NCBI GenBank assembly: GCA_963575745.1
Contig: CAUYUJ010000001.1
Coordinates: 2,418,001 to 2,482,000 of the forward strand
Source of the DNA: Prorocentrum cordatum
Taxonomy: Eukaryota
Direction: 5' to 3'
Length of the DNA stretch: 64,000 nt
Made by a program: the position numbers and the translations under genes. This document shows, in pieces, positions 1 through 12,479 of the stretch; position 1 is the stretch's first letter, and every line of letters starts with the position of its first letter. Under the pieces are notes generated by a model. The model made no database searches. It was not told the DNA's origin and was given only the letters and a program-made list of their open reading frames with translations.

Positions 1-190
1 AATCTCGCACCTCTGCAGTCGGTCCGTGGACTTCCTGCGCGGCCACGATTGCCCCAGGACGGAGCAGGCGTTTTAAATAGCGGAATTTCGCAGTGCGAAC
101 GAGAGTCTGACGGTGCAACAAGGCATTCAAATTCCAAGAGCCGGTCCTCAACGGCGTCTCGGAAGATCCGCTCCAGAGAGCAAAGAACGT
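1..190 (-). CDS. LINE ORF2 N-terminus, APE-type endonuclease (partial, runs off window)
   Basis: Manual translation in the +1 frame relative to ORF1: ...TPLRTGSWNLNALLHRQTLVRTAKFRYLKRLLRPGAIVAAQEVHGPTAEVRD. SWNxN and xQE are the first two APE/EEP motifs. Confidence 0.8.
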
Positions 191-191
191 G

Positions 192-1334
192 CTAAAGAGA
201 CCACTGGGTCTGACTGTCTCCCTGGATGGCGACAGCCAGCGGCTCCTCGATTGCTTCGCGGGAGATCTTCTCGAGAGCCAGATTCGCTTCCGCCCAGCGG
301 ATCCGCGGCGCGTCGTCCGCCCGTGGAGTGATCTCCACGAGCTGGCGCCAGTTAGTGGAGATGGTGCCGCGCAGCTTGTCAACAAAAAACTTTTTGTCCT
401 GAAAGCGGTTCTCAAAGAACCTCTTGGCAGCCTTGAGCGCAACTTCACGCTTGACCTGGCACTGGTTTTTGTCCGATCCGACAAAGATCTCCGAGCGGGC
501 GCCCGAGATCGCGGGGGCAAAAAAGCGCATCCACTCTTCACCAGGACGCTGCGGGCGCAGCAGGCTGAGTGCATGCTGTGCACGGCGGGCGGCGAACTGA
601 GAACTACCCTTGAACTTGATCGTGAACCTCTTGTCCGACGGCTCCCCCTGGAGCTCCCATTCGGACGACTCGATGTTGAGACGCTCCAGCCACGGAAGAA
701 GGGCTCCTTGAACTTGATGTTTCGCAGTCTGCTCCTTGCAGCGGACCACGATGATGGACGCGTCGATGGCACGGTTGAACGCCGAGTCCAGCGACAACTT
801 CGGGAAGACCGTGGGCATCTCACTGGGGGTCTCCTTGACCACGTTGAGTTCGCGCTTGAGTTGTTTGACCTCTTCATGAAGAACCTGGAGCTGCTTGGTG
901 TGGCCGCGTTGGATAGTTTCCACTCCATTGAGACGTTGTTCGACCTGCGATGCCATCGCCGAGCATGTAGTTTGCACTCTGGTGGCCAATCCTTGAAGAC
1001 TGGAGTTGAGCGCGGACGTCGTGTTCGTGACCTGCTCGAGCAGCTCCGCACGCAAGGCCTCGATGGAGCCCTGGAGGTTGGCTGCATGGACGATCTCGAA
1101 GTCAGCGTCACCAGCGGGTGGAGGGCCAGCGCGACGCTTGTTGATACCACTTTGCTCTCCTTGGACACCACCACCCAACTCAGCACCAGGAGGGGCAGCG
1201 CCACGGACAGGAGTAGCCACTTGTGAAGACCCACCAGCGCCCACTTGCGACGGCGGGAAGGTCGGGATGTCGTCGAGGTCGATGTCTGTGGCCATCTGCA
1301 TCTGGCTCGGGATGGTGTGAACGCCATCGCCCAT
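192..1334 (-). CDS. LINE ORF1 protein (coiled coil plus probable RRM/CTD-like region)
   Basis: Open frame; first ATG at 1334 in GCCATGG context (the track uses an upstream GTG at 1361). Heptad-rich segment (SIEALRAELLEQV...EEVKQLKRELNVV) then an alpha/beta region. Lies immediately 5' of the endonuclease frame. Confidence 0.75.
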   Translation of the reverse strand: MGDGVHTIPSQMQMATDIDLDDIPTFPPSQVGAGGSSQVATPVRGAAPPGAELGGGVQGEQSGINKRRAGPPPAGDADFEIVHAANLQGSIEALRAELLEQVTNTTSALNSSLQGLATRVQTTCSAMASQVEQRLNGVETIQRGHTKQLQVLHEEVKQLKRELNVVKETPSEMPTVFPKLSLDSAFNRAIDASIIVVRCKEQTAKHQVQGALLPWLERLNIESSEWELQGEPSDKRFTIKFKGSSQFAARRAQHALSLLRPQRPGEEWMRFFAPAISGARSEIFVGSDKNQCQVKREVALKAAKRFFENRFQDKKFFVDKLRGTISTNWRQLVEITPRADDAPRIRWAEANLALEKISREAIEEPLAVAIQGDSQTQWSL

Positions 1335-1480
1335 GGCTCGGAGAGAGCACTGGTGGTGCACAGGATGAGAGATCTGGAAGGTGTGCCGCGGGCAAGCCCC
1401 AAGCGATTCGAGAAATCGCTACGGAAGGGTCCAAAGCTAATCGCAACACCTCGGTTCCCCGAACCTTCGTTACGTTTAGC

Positions 1481-1502
1481 CTTGAGCCAAAATGGCTACG
1501 GA
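1481..1502 (-). other. Complete dinoflagellate spliced leader (DinoSL), genomic copy
   Basis: Reverse complement of cttgagccaaaatggctacgga is TCCGTAGCCATTTTGGCTCAAG, a 22/22 match to DCCGTAGCCATTTTGGCTCAAG. Confidence 0.97.
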
Positions 1503-2247
1503 CCCTCCCCTTCCTCCTCCTCCTCCTCCTCCTCCTCCTCCTCCTCCTCCTCCTCCTCCTCCTCCTCCTCCCCCTCCTCCTCCCCCTCCCCCTCCTCCTC
1601 CTCCTCCCCCTCCCCCTCCCTTCCAAAAGGAGCTTCGCCTCGGCAGAGCAACGCCCCGGGGGGGGGAGCGGCCCAGGGGCCCGCGACCGGCGGGCGCAGG
1701 CCTGGCGAGCACTGCGGCTGCAGCGCCCGTTCGAGATCTGGCGACGAGGGCGACTCGCGAGAGGACCTGGCGGGGCGGAGGGCGCATCGACCTGAGCGAA
1801 CTTCGTGTCTTTCAGAGCGTGAATTACCTTTTTTTTGTTAAGCTGGATCCGGCTTCAAAGGCACGAGGGTGTTTTTAAGCTGGATCTGGCTTCAAAAACA
1901 CGACGTCCTCCCATTGGAAGGCGGCGGGGCTTCTTGAGAAGCCCCCTGCCCTCTAAGAGAAGGTCCCCCCCGCCCCGCCGCGCCACCCCGCCGAAGTCCA
2001 TCGGCGAGCGCGCGTCGTCGATCGGCGCCCTGCCGTGGAGCCAAGCGGGCCGCGATCTGAACAGGGACCGACCGTGCCAGCATTCCTGTAGGCCTACTAC
2101 GACATGTTCTTGGAAACCCACTGTGTTATCATAACAAAAGCAGTGCTCTCAGAACATTCGGCCGAGGTGCTAGAACAAGACAGCCTGAGCCAGACATGTT
2201 CTGAGCACAGTCCGTGCAGACCACCGAAGCTTCTCTTAGAACATTCT

Positions 2248-2406
2248 CAAGGGCTCCTAAGTTCGCGCTTCGCGCTGCGCGAAGCGCGAATAACTTCGCG
2301 CTCTCGCGCCGCCCCCCAAGGGGGAGAAGAGGAGGACGAGGAGAAGGGGGAGGAGGAAGGAGGACGGCGAAGCGCGAATAACTTCGCGCCCTCCTGGGAG
2401 CCCTTG
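2248..2406. mobile_element. Small MITE with CAAGGGCTCC...GGAGCCCTTG terminal inverted repeats
   Basis: 10-bp TIRs, ATTCT on both flanks (5-6 bp TSD), internal GAAGCGCGAATAACTTCGCGC motifs; sister copies at 31079-31244 and about 31490-31577. Confidence 0.75.
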
Positions 2407-2879
2407 ATTCTCTGGCGGGCCACTCGGCCAGCCAGGACGCCTCGCCACTGCCTGAGCGAGCGCACGTCGTCGCTCGGCGCCCTGCCGTGGAGCCACGCGG
2501 GCCGCGATCGGCCCTCCGCGAGCGCGCGCCGTCGCGGCGGCCGCCGTCGGCAGCGCGGCTAGGGCGGCGACCTCGCGCCTGTGCCGGTGAGGGGGCGGGC
2601 CCTCCCTCGCAGCGTCGGGGGGGGGGCCAGCTCAGGGGGGGAGAAGTCGCTGTGGAATCGGCGATGCATCGCCGATGTAGGGAGCCGAACTCTCTACACC
2701 GACGCTCTTTCCGGCCCCGCGCTGGGATTCGCACAAGAAGCCGGGTCCTGGCGTACAGGGGATCCTGGTGGAAAAACGTTTTTCGGTGCTTCCCCGGGAA
2801 AGCATACACCACACCACCCCGAAGCCGTCCCCAACCGCCAAAGAGTCCAGGGATTGAAAATAGAAGCAAACAAACGCCA

Positions 2880-3000
2880 GAAACAAAAAGTTTTGGCGCT
2901 CCGCGCGGGTCGGCGCCAGGGTCGGCGCCGGAGGTGCCGCCAGGGGGGCCCAGCGCGGATCCAAGAAATCCGCGCGCAACACCAAAATTTTATGATTACG
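2880..3000. repeat. Dispersed palindromic repeat (GGATCCAAGAAATCCGCGCG family)
   Basis: Related copies at about 9670-9830, 16750-16825 (hairpin GATTTCTTGGATCC-GCACC-GGATCCAAGAAATC) and 21190-21305. Confidence 0.6.
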
Positions 3001-5046
3001 GCGTTTTTTTCTTCCTTGAGAAAGGCAGCCCGCCACTGGTGATGCAGATGCTCCAGTTTCCGACGGCGGGCCCCCGATGGCAAATCCGCACGCTCCTGGG
3101 CGGGGGGTGGGGCGATGGGGCCCCCGTCGGCCAGACATGGGCGATGGGGGTCGATGTGTCCCCCTTGAGCCTATCGCCCCCCCCAGCGTTGCCTCTGGCT
3201 CCTCCGCAGAGCTGCGGCAATCGCAGCCAGGAATCCCAGAACGACGGGCTCCTTCAGCGGGCGGCCTTCGGCCCTGGCGGGTCTTCCGGCAACGGCCCTC
3301 GACGAGACACACACAACAAAGATCCGTGGATAATGCCGGGAGCTCCGGGGGCCCACGCGGGGGCAAAACTTCCGCGTCGGAGGTCTGGGCAGTCATCCTC
3401 GTCCTTCTCCTCTTGTTTCTGCCATGGCTCATGCGACACAGAACCAGCTCTCCGAGGTGCCTTGCAGGGAGTCCTAGTACTCCTGCCTTCCTGCGCAGCA
3501 CAAGCACCTCCAGACGGCGCAACTTGGCAAAGCGAGCGTGAACTCACAGCGCCAACCTCGTGCACCGTCCGCTCGCAGTGAGACGGACCGCGTGGTAGCT
3601 TCAGTCCAGGACACTAAGAGCCCACACCACAGGGGGCCGTAGTGCGAAATCGACAGAACCTGATAAGCTCTGTCCAGAGGCTGCCACCGAAGCTGATATG
3701 AAACCACAGGGGAGAGAAGCCGGAAGGCCACCAACCCAGACTCCGAGGATACCTTCAAAGCTCCTGGTGGTGTACACGACGGACGCCTGGGTTGAGATTC
3801 GACGTCGCGAAACGCGCACACGAGGAATGGCGTTATAAACAACGAGGGGTCAATGGGCGAGGAAAGAGACGGCGGAAGACGAGAAACCGGAGGAGGATGA
3901 AGAGGAGGAGGAGGAGGAGGAGGACGAATAATAATATAACATAGAACGTTTGTTTCGGCGGGCGGCCCAGAAAAGGAGCAGTCGGAGTTCTCGGCGTGAT
4001 GCAGCCAAGGTTGATTGGGCAGGGCACAGCAGAAGACACGAGGCCTTCCCGAGGGCCACATTGCCCCAGGAATGCAGAGGACATGTGCCGCGAACGCACA
4101 GGACACTTTCGTCGGCGGCAGGGCACGGGCAGTCCGCTCCAGCGTGTGGCTATTCGGGGCAACCGGACTGCGAATTATCCGGCGTGCGAGAAGAGGGAAA
4201 CAAGACGGCGGCGGCCGCGCTGGACATGAAGAGTTCCGCGTACAGTAGGCCGGCCGAAACACAGGATACAAGGACACCCTTGATCTGGAAGGGCCGATCT
4301 ACTAATAGAAATCGTGAAGCGTAGGTGGCTCGTGGCTTCCTCGTTCATCCATTCCCTCGCCCGATCTTTTTGCGGAACACGGGTCTGCGCAGAAGGGTAC
4401 TCATGCGCAGGGACTGTCTCGGGAGAGACTGCGGCTGGATGCCTGCCAGTCGCATGCGGTGCCGTCGTCTTTCTCTTCCTCGACCTCCTCCTGCCTGTCC
4501 TCGTCCTGTCTTCCTCTTTGGAGGGGAAAGCAGAAGTGGGAAGGAGGGGGAGGAAATGCTCCTCCTCCTTCTCCTTTACCTCCACCTCGCCCTCTTCCTC
4601 CTCCTCCTCCTCGCCTTCCTCCTCTTCGTCTTCTCCTCCTCCTCTTCTGGTTTCAATTCCTTCTCATCCTTCAAAATCGTTCCCGTGACCTACCCTGAAG
4701 CGCGTCCTGGCCGAGATTTGGAAACATATCCAGCTGCGTGGGGCCATGTCCTACTGGTGGCAAGAAGAAGACAAACAACATGTATCCGTATTCCTTACTG
4801 CCTCCTCCACTTCCGCTGGCGACCCCCCAGTCTCCTCCTCCTCGTCTGGGGTTCCCAAAGGGTAGCGATACCGCAACTCCCCGGGCCTCTGCTGGGGTTT
4901 GTTCTGACCGGAGTCTCTATGCCAGTCCTGCCGTGGCGGCGACGGAGATCGAACACGAGAAGCGGTAACAGTATCTTTCTTTTCCTGATCCTTCTCTTCC
5001 TCCTCCTCTTCCAACTCCTGCTGCCATTCCTTCCCTCACAGCGGGC

Positions 5047-5146
5047 CTCGTCGAAACCGAAGATGCGGCCCCTGAGGCCGTTGAGCTCGGGCCTGCTCTC
5101 CAGGGCGGTCATCTCCACCGCGCAGAGCTGCACGACGCTGCCTGGC
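5047..5146 (-). CDS. DnaJ-domain protein, exon 6 (second C-terminal repeat)
   Basis: GAG|G acceptor, GAG|GC donor; encodes (R)PGSVVQLCAVEMTALESRPELNGLRGRIFGFDE; phase matches exon 5. Later exon(s) not located. Confidence 0.75.
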
Positions 5147-5449
5147 CTCGAGGGGGAGAGACAGCAAGGACGCGGGGGCCGGGAGGAGGGGGAGAGGAAA
5201 AAACACAGGCCACGAACGAACGAACGATCCGCCTCCATCGCGCTAGGGCGCGTGCGTCCCCAGGAGGAAGGGCGGGAAGGTCCGCGGCCTTCGGACAAGG
5301 ATGTCGCCGCAAAACTCGTCGCCGGGAGAAGCCCACTCGCCAGTCGGGGAAAAACGAGATCACGTTAAACAGACTGTCGCTCGCCATGTAAATGCCATTG
5401 CTTTTGAGAAAACGAACTACAGCTCTGGTGCATGAGGGGCTCGCCGCGC

Positions 5450-8400
5450 AGATTTGTGCTTTTGTTTATCTGTCTCACTCTCTGTCTCTTTGGCCTCCAA
5501 TGTGCAGTTTTCTCTGCCCATTTTCTGCTGTCTGTGGCCTCGCGGTAAGCAGATGTCCACGCCCTGCGCTTCCAGAGTGCACGCCAGTCGTTGCTTCCGT
5601 CGTAAAACTTTTTCAGCTGTGCGCGTAGCGCGCGTCGCCCAAGCCACCAATGACTCTTTCGGCGGGCAAAGGCTGCTCTCATACGGCGGCTCGCTCACAC
5701 TCGAGCTGTTTATTTCGAAAGCGACACTAATCTCGACCAGCCGCCTCCAGAGCCCAAGATCATCCAACCTGTTTCTCTGAGTTCTTTGGATCCGATGCTG
5801 CAGAACCAACAGCAAAATCCAATTTGAAGCCCCATACAGTAAACTTGGCGTCGCCGGGCTGTCAAAGGAAGCGCAATCGAGGTCTGAAGCTGCTCCGTTT
5901 GCTCATCAATTCTGACTTGTGCATCATGAGCAACTTCCACGCCTGCCGGATTTTGTGACCGATCTCTGTCCCTAAATGTTCAACCGTCTTTCCTGTTGGT
6001 AAGAGCTCGATGTGTTCATTGACAATTGACTCCTGCTTCTTGCTTCTGCCATGCTGCTTTATTGCATGTGTCAGTATCTTCGGCTTTTCGGGGCGCAGGC
6101 ACAAATCACCTGCCCCAACGAGCTCGTGTGCGCCAAAGAACATGTGTTGAAAATGATCCGATGTCTTTCCCGTTAATGGGGCATCATCTGCAAAGCGGAG
6201 ATTCGTCAACGTGGATACATCTGTCACTCCCAACATAATGCCGAAACGCTTCGCCTTCCAACTTGCTTTCGCTTGACTCATTACGTCCTCCAAAGAAAGT
6301 AATGAAACAAACAATCGAGAGTCAAAAATGTTGCCTTGTTTGGTCCCGCGGTAAATGTCAAATGTCCGGCTGTCTGTGTCTGTGTGAACCTGCACTGTCT
6401 GGTCGCGGTATAGCTTCCGTGACAAAGCGAGATGCGATACGCGCGCCTTGCTAGAATAATGCGCTCCATAACGATGGATGTTCGACACAATCAACGCCGA
6501 CTGGAACTCCATCGTTGCATGCCACCAAGGCAATTTGTACGTCCGTTTCCAGGAGGAGGAGGAGGAGGAGGAGGAGGAGGAGGAGGAGGAGGAGGAGGAG
6601 GAGGAGGAAGCCCGGCCTGGCCCGGGCTTTGTTCGGGCTCCGGAGTCTGCGGCATCTCTCACTGCAGTGGTATGGTCGCTTTCGATCTCCTCCCTCCTCC
6701 CTCCTCCTCCCCCGCCTCCTCACCCCCCTCCTCCTCCTCCTCCTCCTCCTCCTCCTCCTCCTCCTCCTCATCCTTCTCCTGCTCCTCCTCCCGTTCGCCC
6801 CCTGACCTATGTATGACCTTGATGACGGAATGCCGCCATGACTGAGGCGGCTCAAAAATGGGATCACTAATATTATTGCACAGCGTCTTCATATTATCGA
6901 TAAGAACGTCTCCTGGCCCCAAAAGCATCTCTGCTAGAATGCCACCGGCGCGCTTGTTGCGCTTCAGTTGCTGGATGGTTGTCTTCGCCTCCTCGCGAGT
7001 GCACTCAGCCGAGCTTCCTTCACCGCGGTGTTCTTGTAGCCGAGGCTCTTCGTCGACCCGGCGGTGCGAGGCATGCAACTCCTTGTAGGAATCAGCGCGC
7101 ACGTTGGCCATATCAACATGGTTGGCCACCTCCGTGTTGTTCTCAAGAATGCACGACGTCATTGGCTTGCGGACTCACGATGCGGGGATGTGCTTTCTGC
7201 CCTTGGTATCATCCATCAATCTGCTGATTCGATTAAAAGGCCTGCTCCATTGGCAATCTCGAGAAAACATCCGCATGGTCTTGCTCACTCTTGTGCGCTG
7301 CGGGTCGTTCCTCAGGAGCTGGTTCCTCTGTTGCGCGCGATGGGAAGTGGCGCCCCGAAAATCGCGCAACATCTGCGTTTCTTTACTCTCGGCCGCGTTG
7401 GCGCTGGCACTGGCCGACTCCAGCAATGCAGATTCTAGTTGGTATGCCCCGGCTGTTGCATCGCCCTCCCACTCCTGCTTGGCCAGCGCGTCCTCCAGAC
7501 TATCTGCGAAACCTTCTGGGCCAACGCATGTCCAGGATGCATGTCGGCGTTTCTTCTTTCTTCTGTTATATTTGCTTCGGGTTGCTGGGCCACCGCATTG
7601 TTATATGCGTCGCTGTGTGATCAGACCCCATGTCCAGCTCTGCAGTCAAAGTGTAATCTTTCACTGTGCCCCGCGCGCCCCTATTGCCGAGAAAATAATC
7701 GATGCGGATTCTGGCTGGGGCCCCTGCGTTCTCAGAACTCAAGCCGTGCTTGCCGATCACCTTGATGTTATTTAGGTCCAAGCGGCTGACCACTTCTGCG
7801 TTGAAATGTCCCCCCCATACGAATCGATATTTTCGTTGCCGCCCTCCCAAGCGGATTTTGAAAGATTGCGGTAAAGATCCTGCGCGAGCTCATCTCCGTA
7901 TCCACCGTGCAGGAAACACGCAACGATGCAGCGTAACGTACCACCGCCCATGCACAAATCAACGTCCGCAAGCCTTCCAGATCACGCAACAGAGTTCGTC
8001 GCGCCATTCGTCCACCGCTTGTTTGCGAGAGCTCCCACACCACGTCTTGGCTGGTCGAAACCTGCTCCGGCAATCACGTGTCCAGATTCCGTCTCGGAAA
8101 GCTCTCTCCCCTTGGTCCTCAACGTTTCGCTCGACAGAAAGAAGTCCATCCCAACCGATGCCTTCAAACTCGTGGAATAACTTGTGGACTCTAATGTCAC
8201 CAGATAACCTTCGAGAGTTCTTATGGAACACCCTGATGTGGTTTTTAAGCTTCTGGTGCGCAATCGTGTCCAGAAATGTCGGCTGGGGGGTCGAAACCCC
8301 AGAGCGTATAGATGAAGCGGGTGGCGCAGGCATCCAGGAGGTAGGAGTTGGAATCGTACCTGGAGCACTCGATCTGTTCCTGAGCGGGCGAAGAGATCCT

Positions 8401-9560
8401 GAAGGAAAGTCGCCGTCCACGCTTGAATACTTCCCAATCCCTCCCCCACCGCACTTGCCCTGTGCATTAGGACATGGTGAGCAAATCGACATTGTAGTGG
8501 ATCAGTTTGCATGGGTACGCTGGGCAGCCCAGCGCTGGTCAAGAACGACGCCTTGGCGTCAGTCGCTCTCTTCAGAGGGTTTGGACCTCCCCTTTTCCCG
8601 CCACTTCCGCATAGACTCTTCCACCGCCGCCCTGACTGTAGTCGTTCGCCACACCTCATGATCATCGTACCATGCAATTTTTCTCTGCTTCCCCACCCCG
8701 TCCTTGGCCACAACCATCCCCTTCGGTCATACTATTGTTATGTCTTTTGTTTTGTGGTAGGGGTGTTTGGACACGTGGTGCTTGGTGTCGCCCATCCTCT
8801 TTTCTCGGTTCCTCTCCTCTTTGGTAAGGCTGTTCCGAAAGAACACGTCCCAGAACGCATCCTCTTCATGCAGCTTGTCGCGGACGTTCCTCCAGAACTA
8901 GATCTTCGACTACATGGATGGGGAACTCGATGACACCAAACTTCGTTGACTCGGTCGTCGTCAGAAAAGAACGACTGCTTCTGACCAATTGCCCATCACT
9001 TGCCTGACGATCTGTTCCAATTTCTGCACAAACTGCTCTGTGGTCGCACTGCCATCGAAGCCAGAGACAACCACCTGCTCAGCTCCACCCGCCACTGTTC
9101 CATGAAGCTGCCATGTACCATTCTCGGGACGGTCCTTTGTGCGCTTACTCATCGCCTCCTTCACCCTCTCCTCCACAACTTAGTCGAACATGTTGCGTGC
9201 CGTATTTTCCTTGAGCTTGTTTTCGCTCATATCTTCGATTATCGTTCGGTGATGTACAATTATTTCCTCAAGGTCGTTTCGGATTCTCTCCACATCCATC
9301 TCAACCTCCTCTATTTTATCCTGGACCTCTTCTGCTGCCCTCCTTACGTCCTGCGCCTCGATCCTTGCTTTGTCGATCAAGTCTTTGACCCCATCGACAT
9401 TGGCTTTCAGTGTGTCGAATTGTTTTTCTGGTTGTGGGCGAGTTCTTGAAACCATCCTGGGGCTTTAGTCAGCTGCTCGTTTTTCTATCCGCATCCTGTG
9501 GCATGTTCATCGCGCCCCTGCCTTTACGACTTTCCTTCTTGTCTGGAATCGATCCTGTTT
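5450..9560 (-). mobile_element. Degenerate two-ORF LINE (RTE-like APE+RT) in DnaJ intron 5
   Basis: Collinear broken motifs: coiled-coil ORF1 (about 8900-9450); APE IRVFHKNSR..WDG, GGHFNA, RIDYFLG, GSDH; RT QQLKRNK..GILAEML, PPQSWRHS, RGTKQG, LTNLRFADD, EHLG. Many frameshifts. Confidence 0.85.
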
Positions 9561-10287
9561 TTATGCTTCGCATTTAAACAAATTCTCAACTATCCCGTGC
9601 ACACTCTGAGCGAACACAAGCAATTGAGTTATATACCAGAGATGCACGCACCGGCCACGAATACTAAATAACAAAACGGCATAGACATAAACTTTCCGAG
9701 CTTCGCGCAGATGTCTCGGATCGACGTTAGGTCCCCCGGGCGGCGCCTCCGGCGCCGCCCCTGGTGCGCTCCGCGCGCCAGGGTTGGGGGGGCAGCGCTG
9801 TCCAAGGAATCCGCGCGGAACTCCGAAAGCTCTTGCGTTATCAAAGAGGCCCTGGGACACACACAAATAAATATAGACAAACCAAAGAATCCTGATATTT
9901 TCATATATTTTCCTGGCTTTTTGTCTTCCCCCCACTTCCCATATTTTCCCATATTTTGGGGGGGATCGAGGATTCATTGTGTCTGTATGGTTCTTTCCCT
10001 CCTGAGTTATGCCGTTTCGAGGGCCGCCCCCGCGCAAATTCCTACCCCGCCACTCAGGGGTGGCCACGACCCCCGGCCCAGGCCCAGCTCTCGCTCGGCG
10101 CCCCACCCCAAAGGGGCAGAACCCGCCTGAAGGGGCAATAGCGCCATCAGTGACGGAGGAGCACAGAAAAGCTGCCCGGTCGAGAGACAGACAATGCACC
10201 TCGAGGTCAGGAGCTCTCGTCTCTCTCTCTCTCTATTTCTTTCTCACATTTGTTTTCCTCTCTCTCTCTCTCTATCTCTCTTTTCTT

Positions 10288-11640
<1,353 letters not shown>

Positions 11641-11702
11641 TCCTATATATACACGTATATCTATACACATAGATCACTAATCTTCTATGTGTTATATTGT
11701 TT

Positions 11703-12420
11703 CCCAGCCGGTTTTAAGAGACAACGCCCCGCGTTCCTTTCCTCTCCTCCTCCTTCTCTTCCTCCTCTTCTTCTTCCTCCTCCTCCTCCTCCTCCTCCTC
11801 CTCCTCCTCCTCCTCCTCCTCTCCCTCCTCCCGTCACCCCTCTCACTTTGCACATCCTTCACAGGTTTCGCGGCCCCCATATGAGCTCAACCGAGGGTGC
11901 CCGTAGCGCAGCCCACATGCGTACCCGCCACCCATTTCGGCACACCCCTCACGCGTTTCGTGGCCCCCCAAGGAGCTCCACCAAGGGCACCAGTGGCGCA
12001 CCCCGCATGCGACCCCTCCACCCATGTCGGCACGCCCCTCACACGCTTCGTGGCCCCATAAGAGTTCCACCGAGGTCCCAATGGCGCAGCCCGCATGCGT
12101 CCCCGCCACCTGTTTCGGCACACCCCTCGAACATTTCGCGGTCCCGTAAGGAGCTCCGCCTAGTTCCTGTTGCGCAGCCCGCATGCGTCCCGGCCACCTA
12201 TTTCGGCACACCCCTCACACGTTTCGGTGGACCCATGGGAGCTCCACCGAATGCCCCAATGGCGCAGCCCGCATGCGCCCCCGCCACCCATTATGATACA
12301 CTCCTCACACGTTTCGTGGCCCCAGACGAGCTCCACCGGAGGTCCCAGTGGCGCGGCCTGCATGCGCCCCCGCCGCCCATGTCAGCACGCCCCTCACACG
12401 TTTCGTGGCCCCCATAGGCG
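11703..12420 (+). mobile_element. HINE-like element, copy B (deleted head, no tail; about 89-bp units)
   Basis: TT|CCCAGCCGGTTTTAAGAGACAACGCCCCGCG head remnant, (CCT)n, then GTTTCGTGGCCCC..GAGCTCCACC units. Confidence 0.65.
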
Positions 12421-12479
12421 CTGTACCAAGACTGGTGTCCCATCGGCTTCTTCGAGCGGCCCGCCTGGGGCCGGGCGGG

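Larger units (their letters stand above)
1..1502 (-). mobile_element. 5' part of a two-ORF non-LTR retrotransposon (LINE): DinoSL, 5'UTR, ORF1, start of ORF2; continues off the window edge
   Basis: Uninterrupted 380-aa ORF1 directly followed by a frame with APE-endonuclease N-terminal motifs; the 5' boundary is an exact DinoSL next to a (GAG)n tract. Confidence 0.85.

Noticed and set aside
189..1226. 345-aa plus-strand ORF
   Set aside because: Antisense shadow of LINE ORF1 with no recognisable motifs.
1481..1502. SL RNA gene
   Set aside because: The SL is followed by the LINE 5'UTR and ORF1, not by a GT donor and short SL intron.
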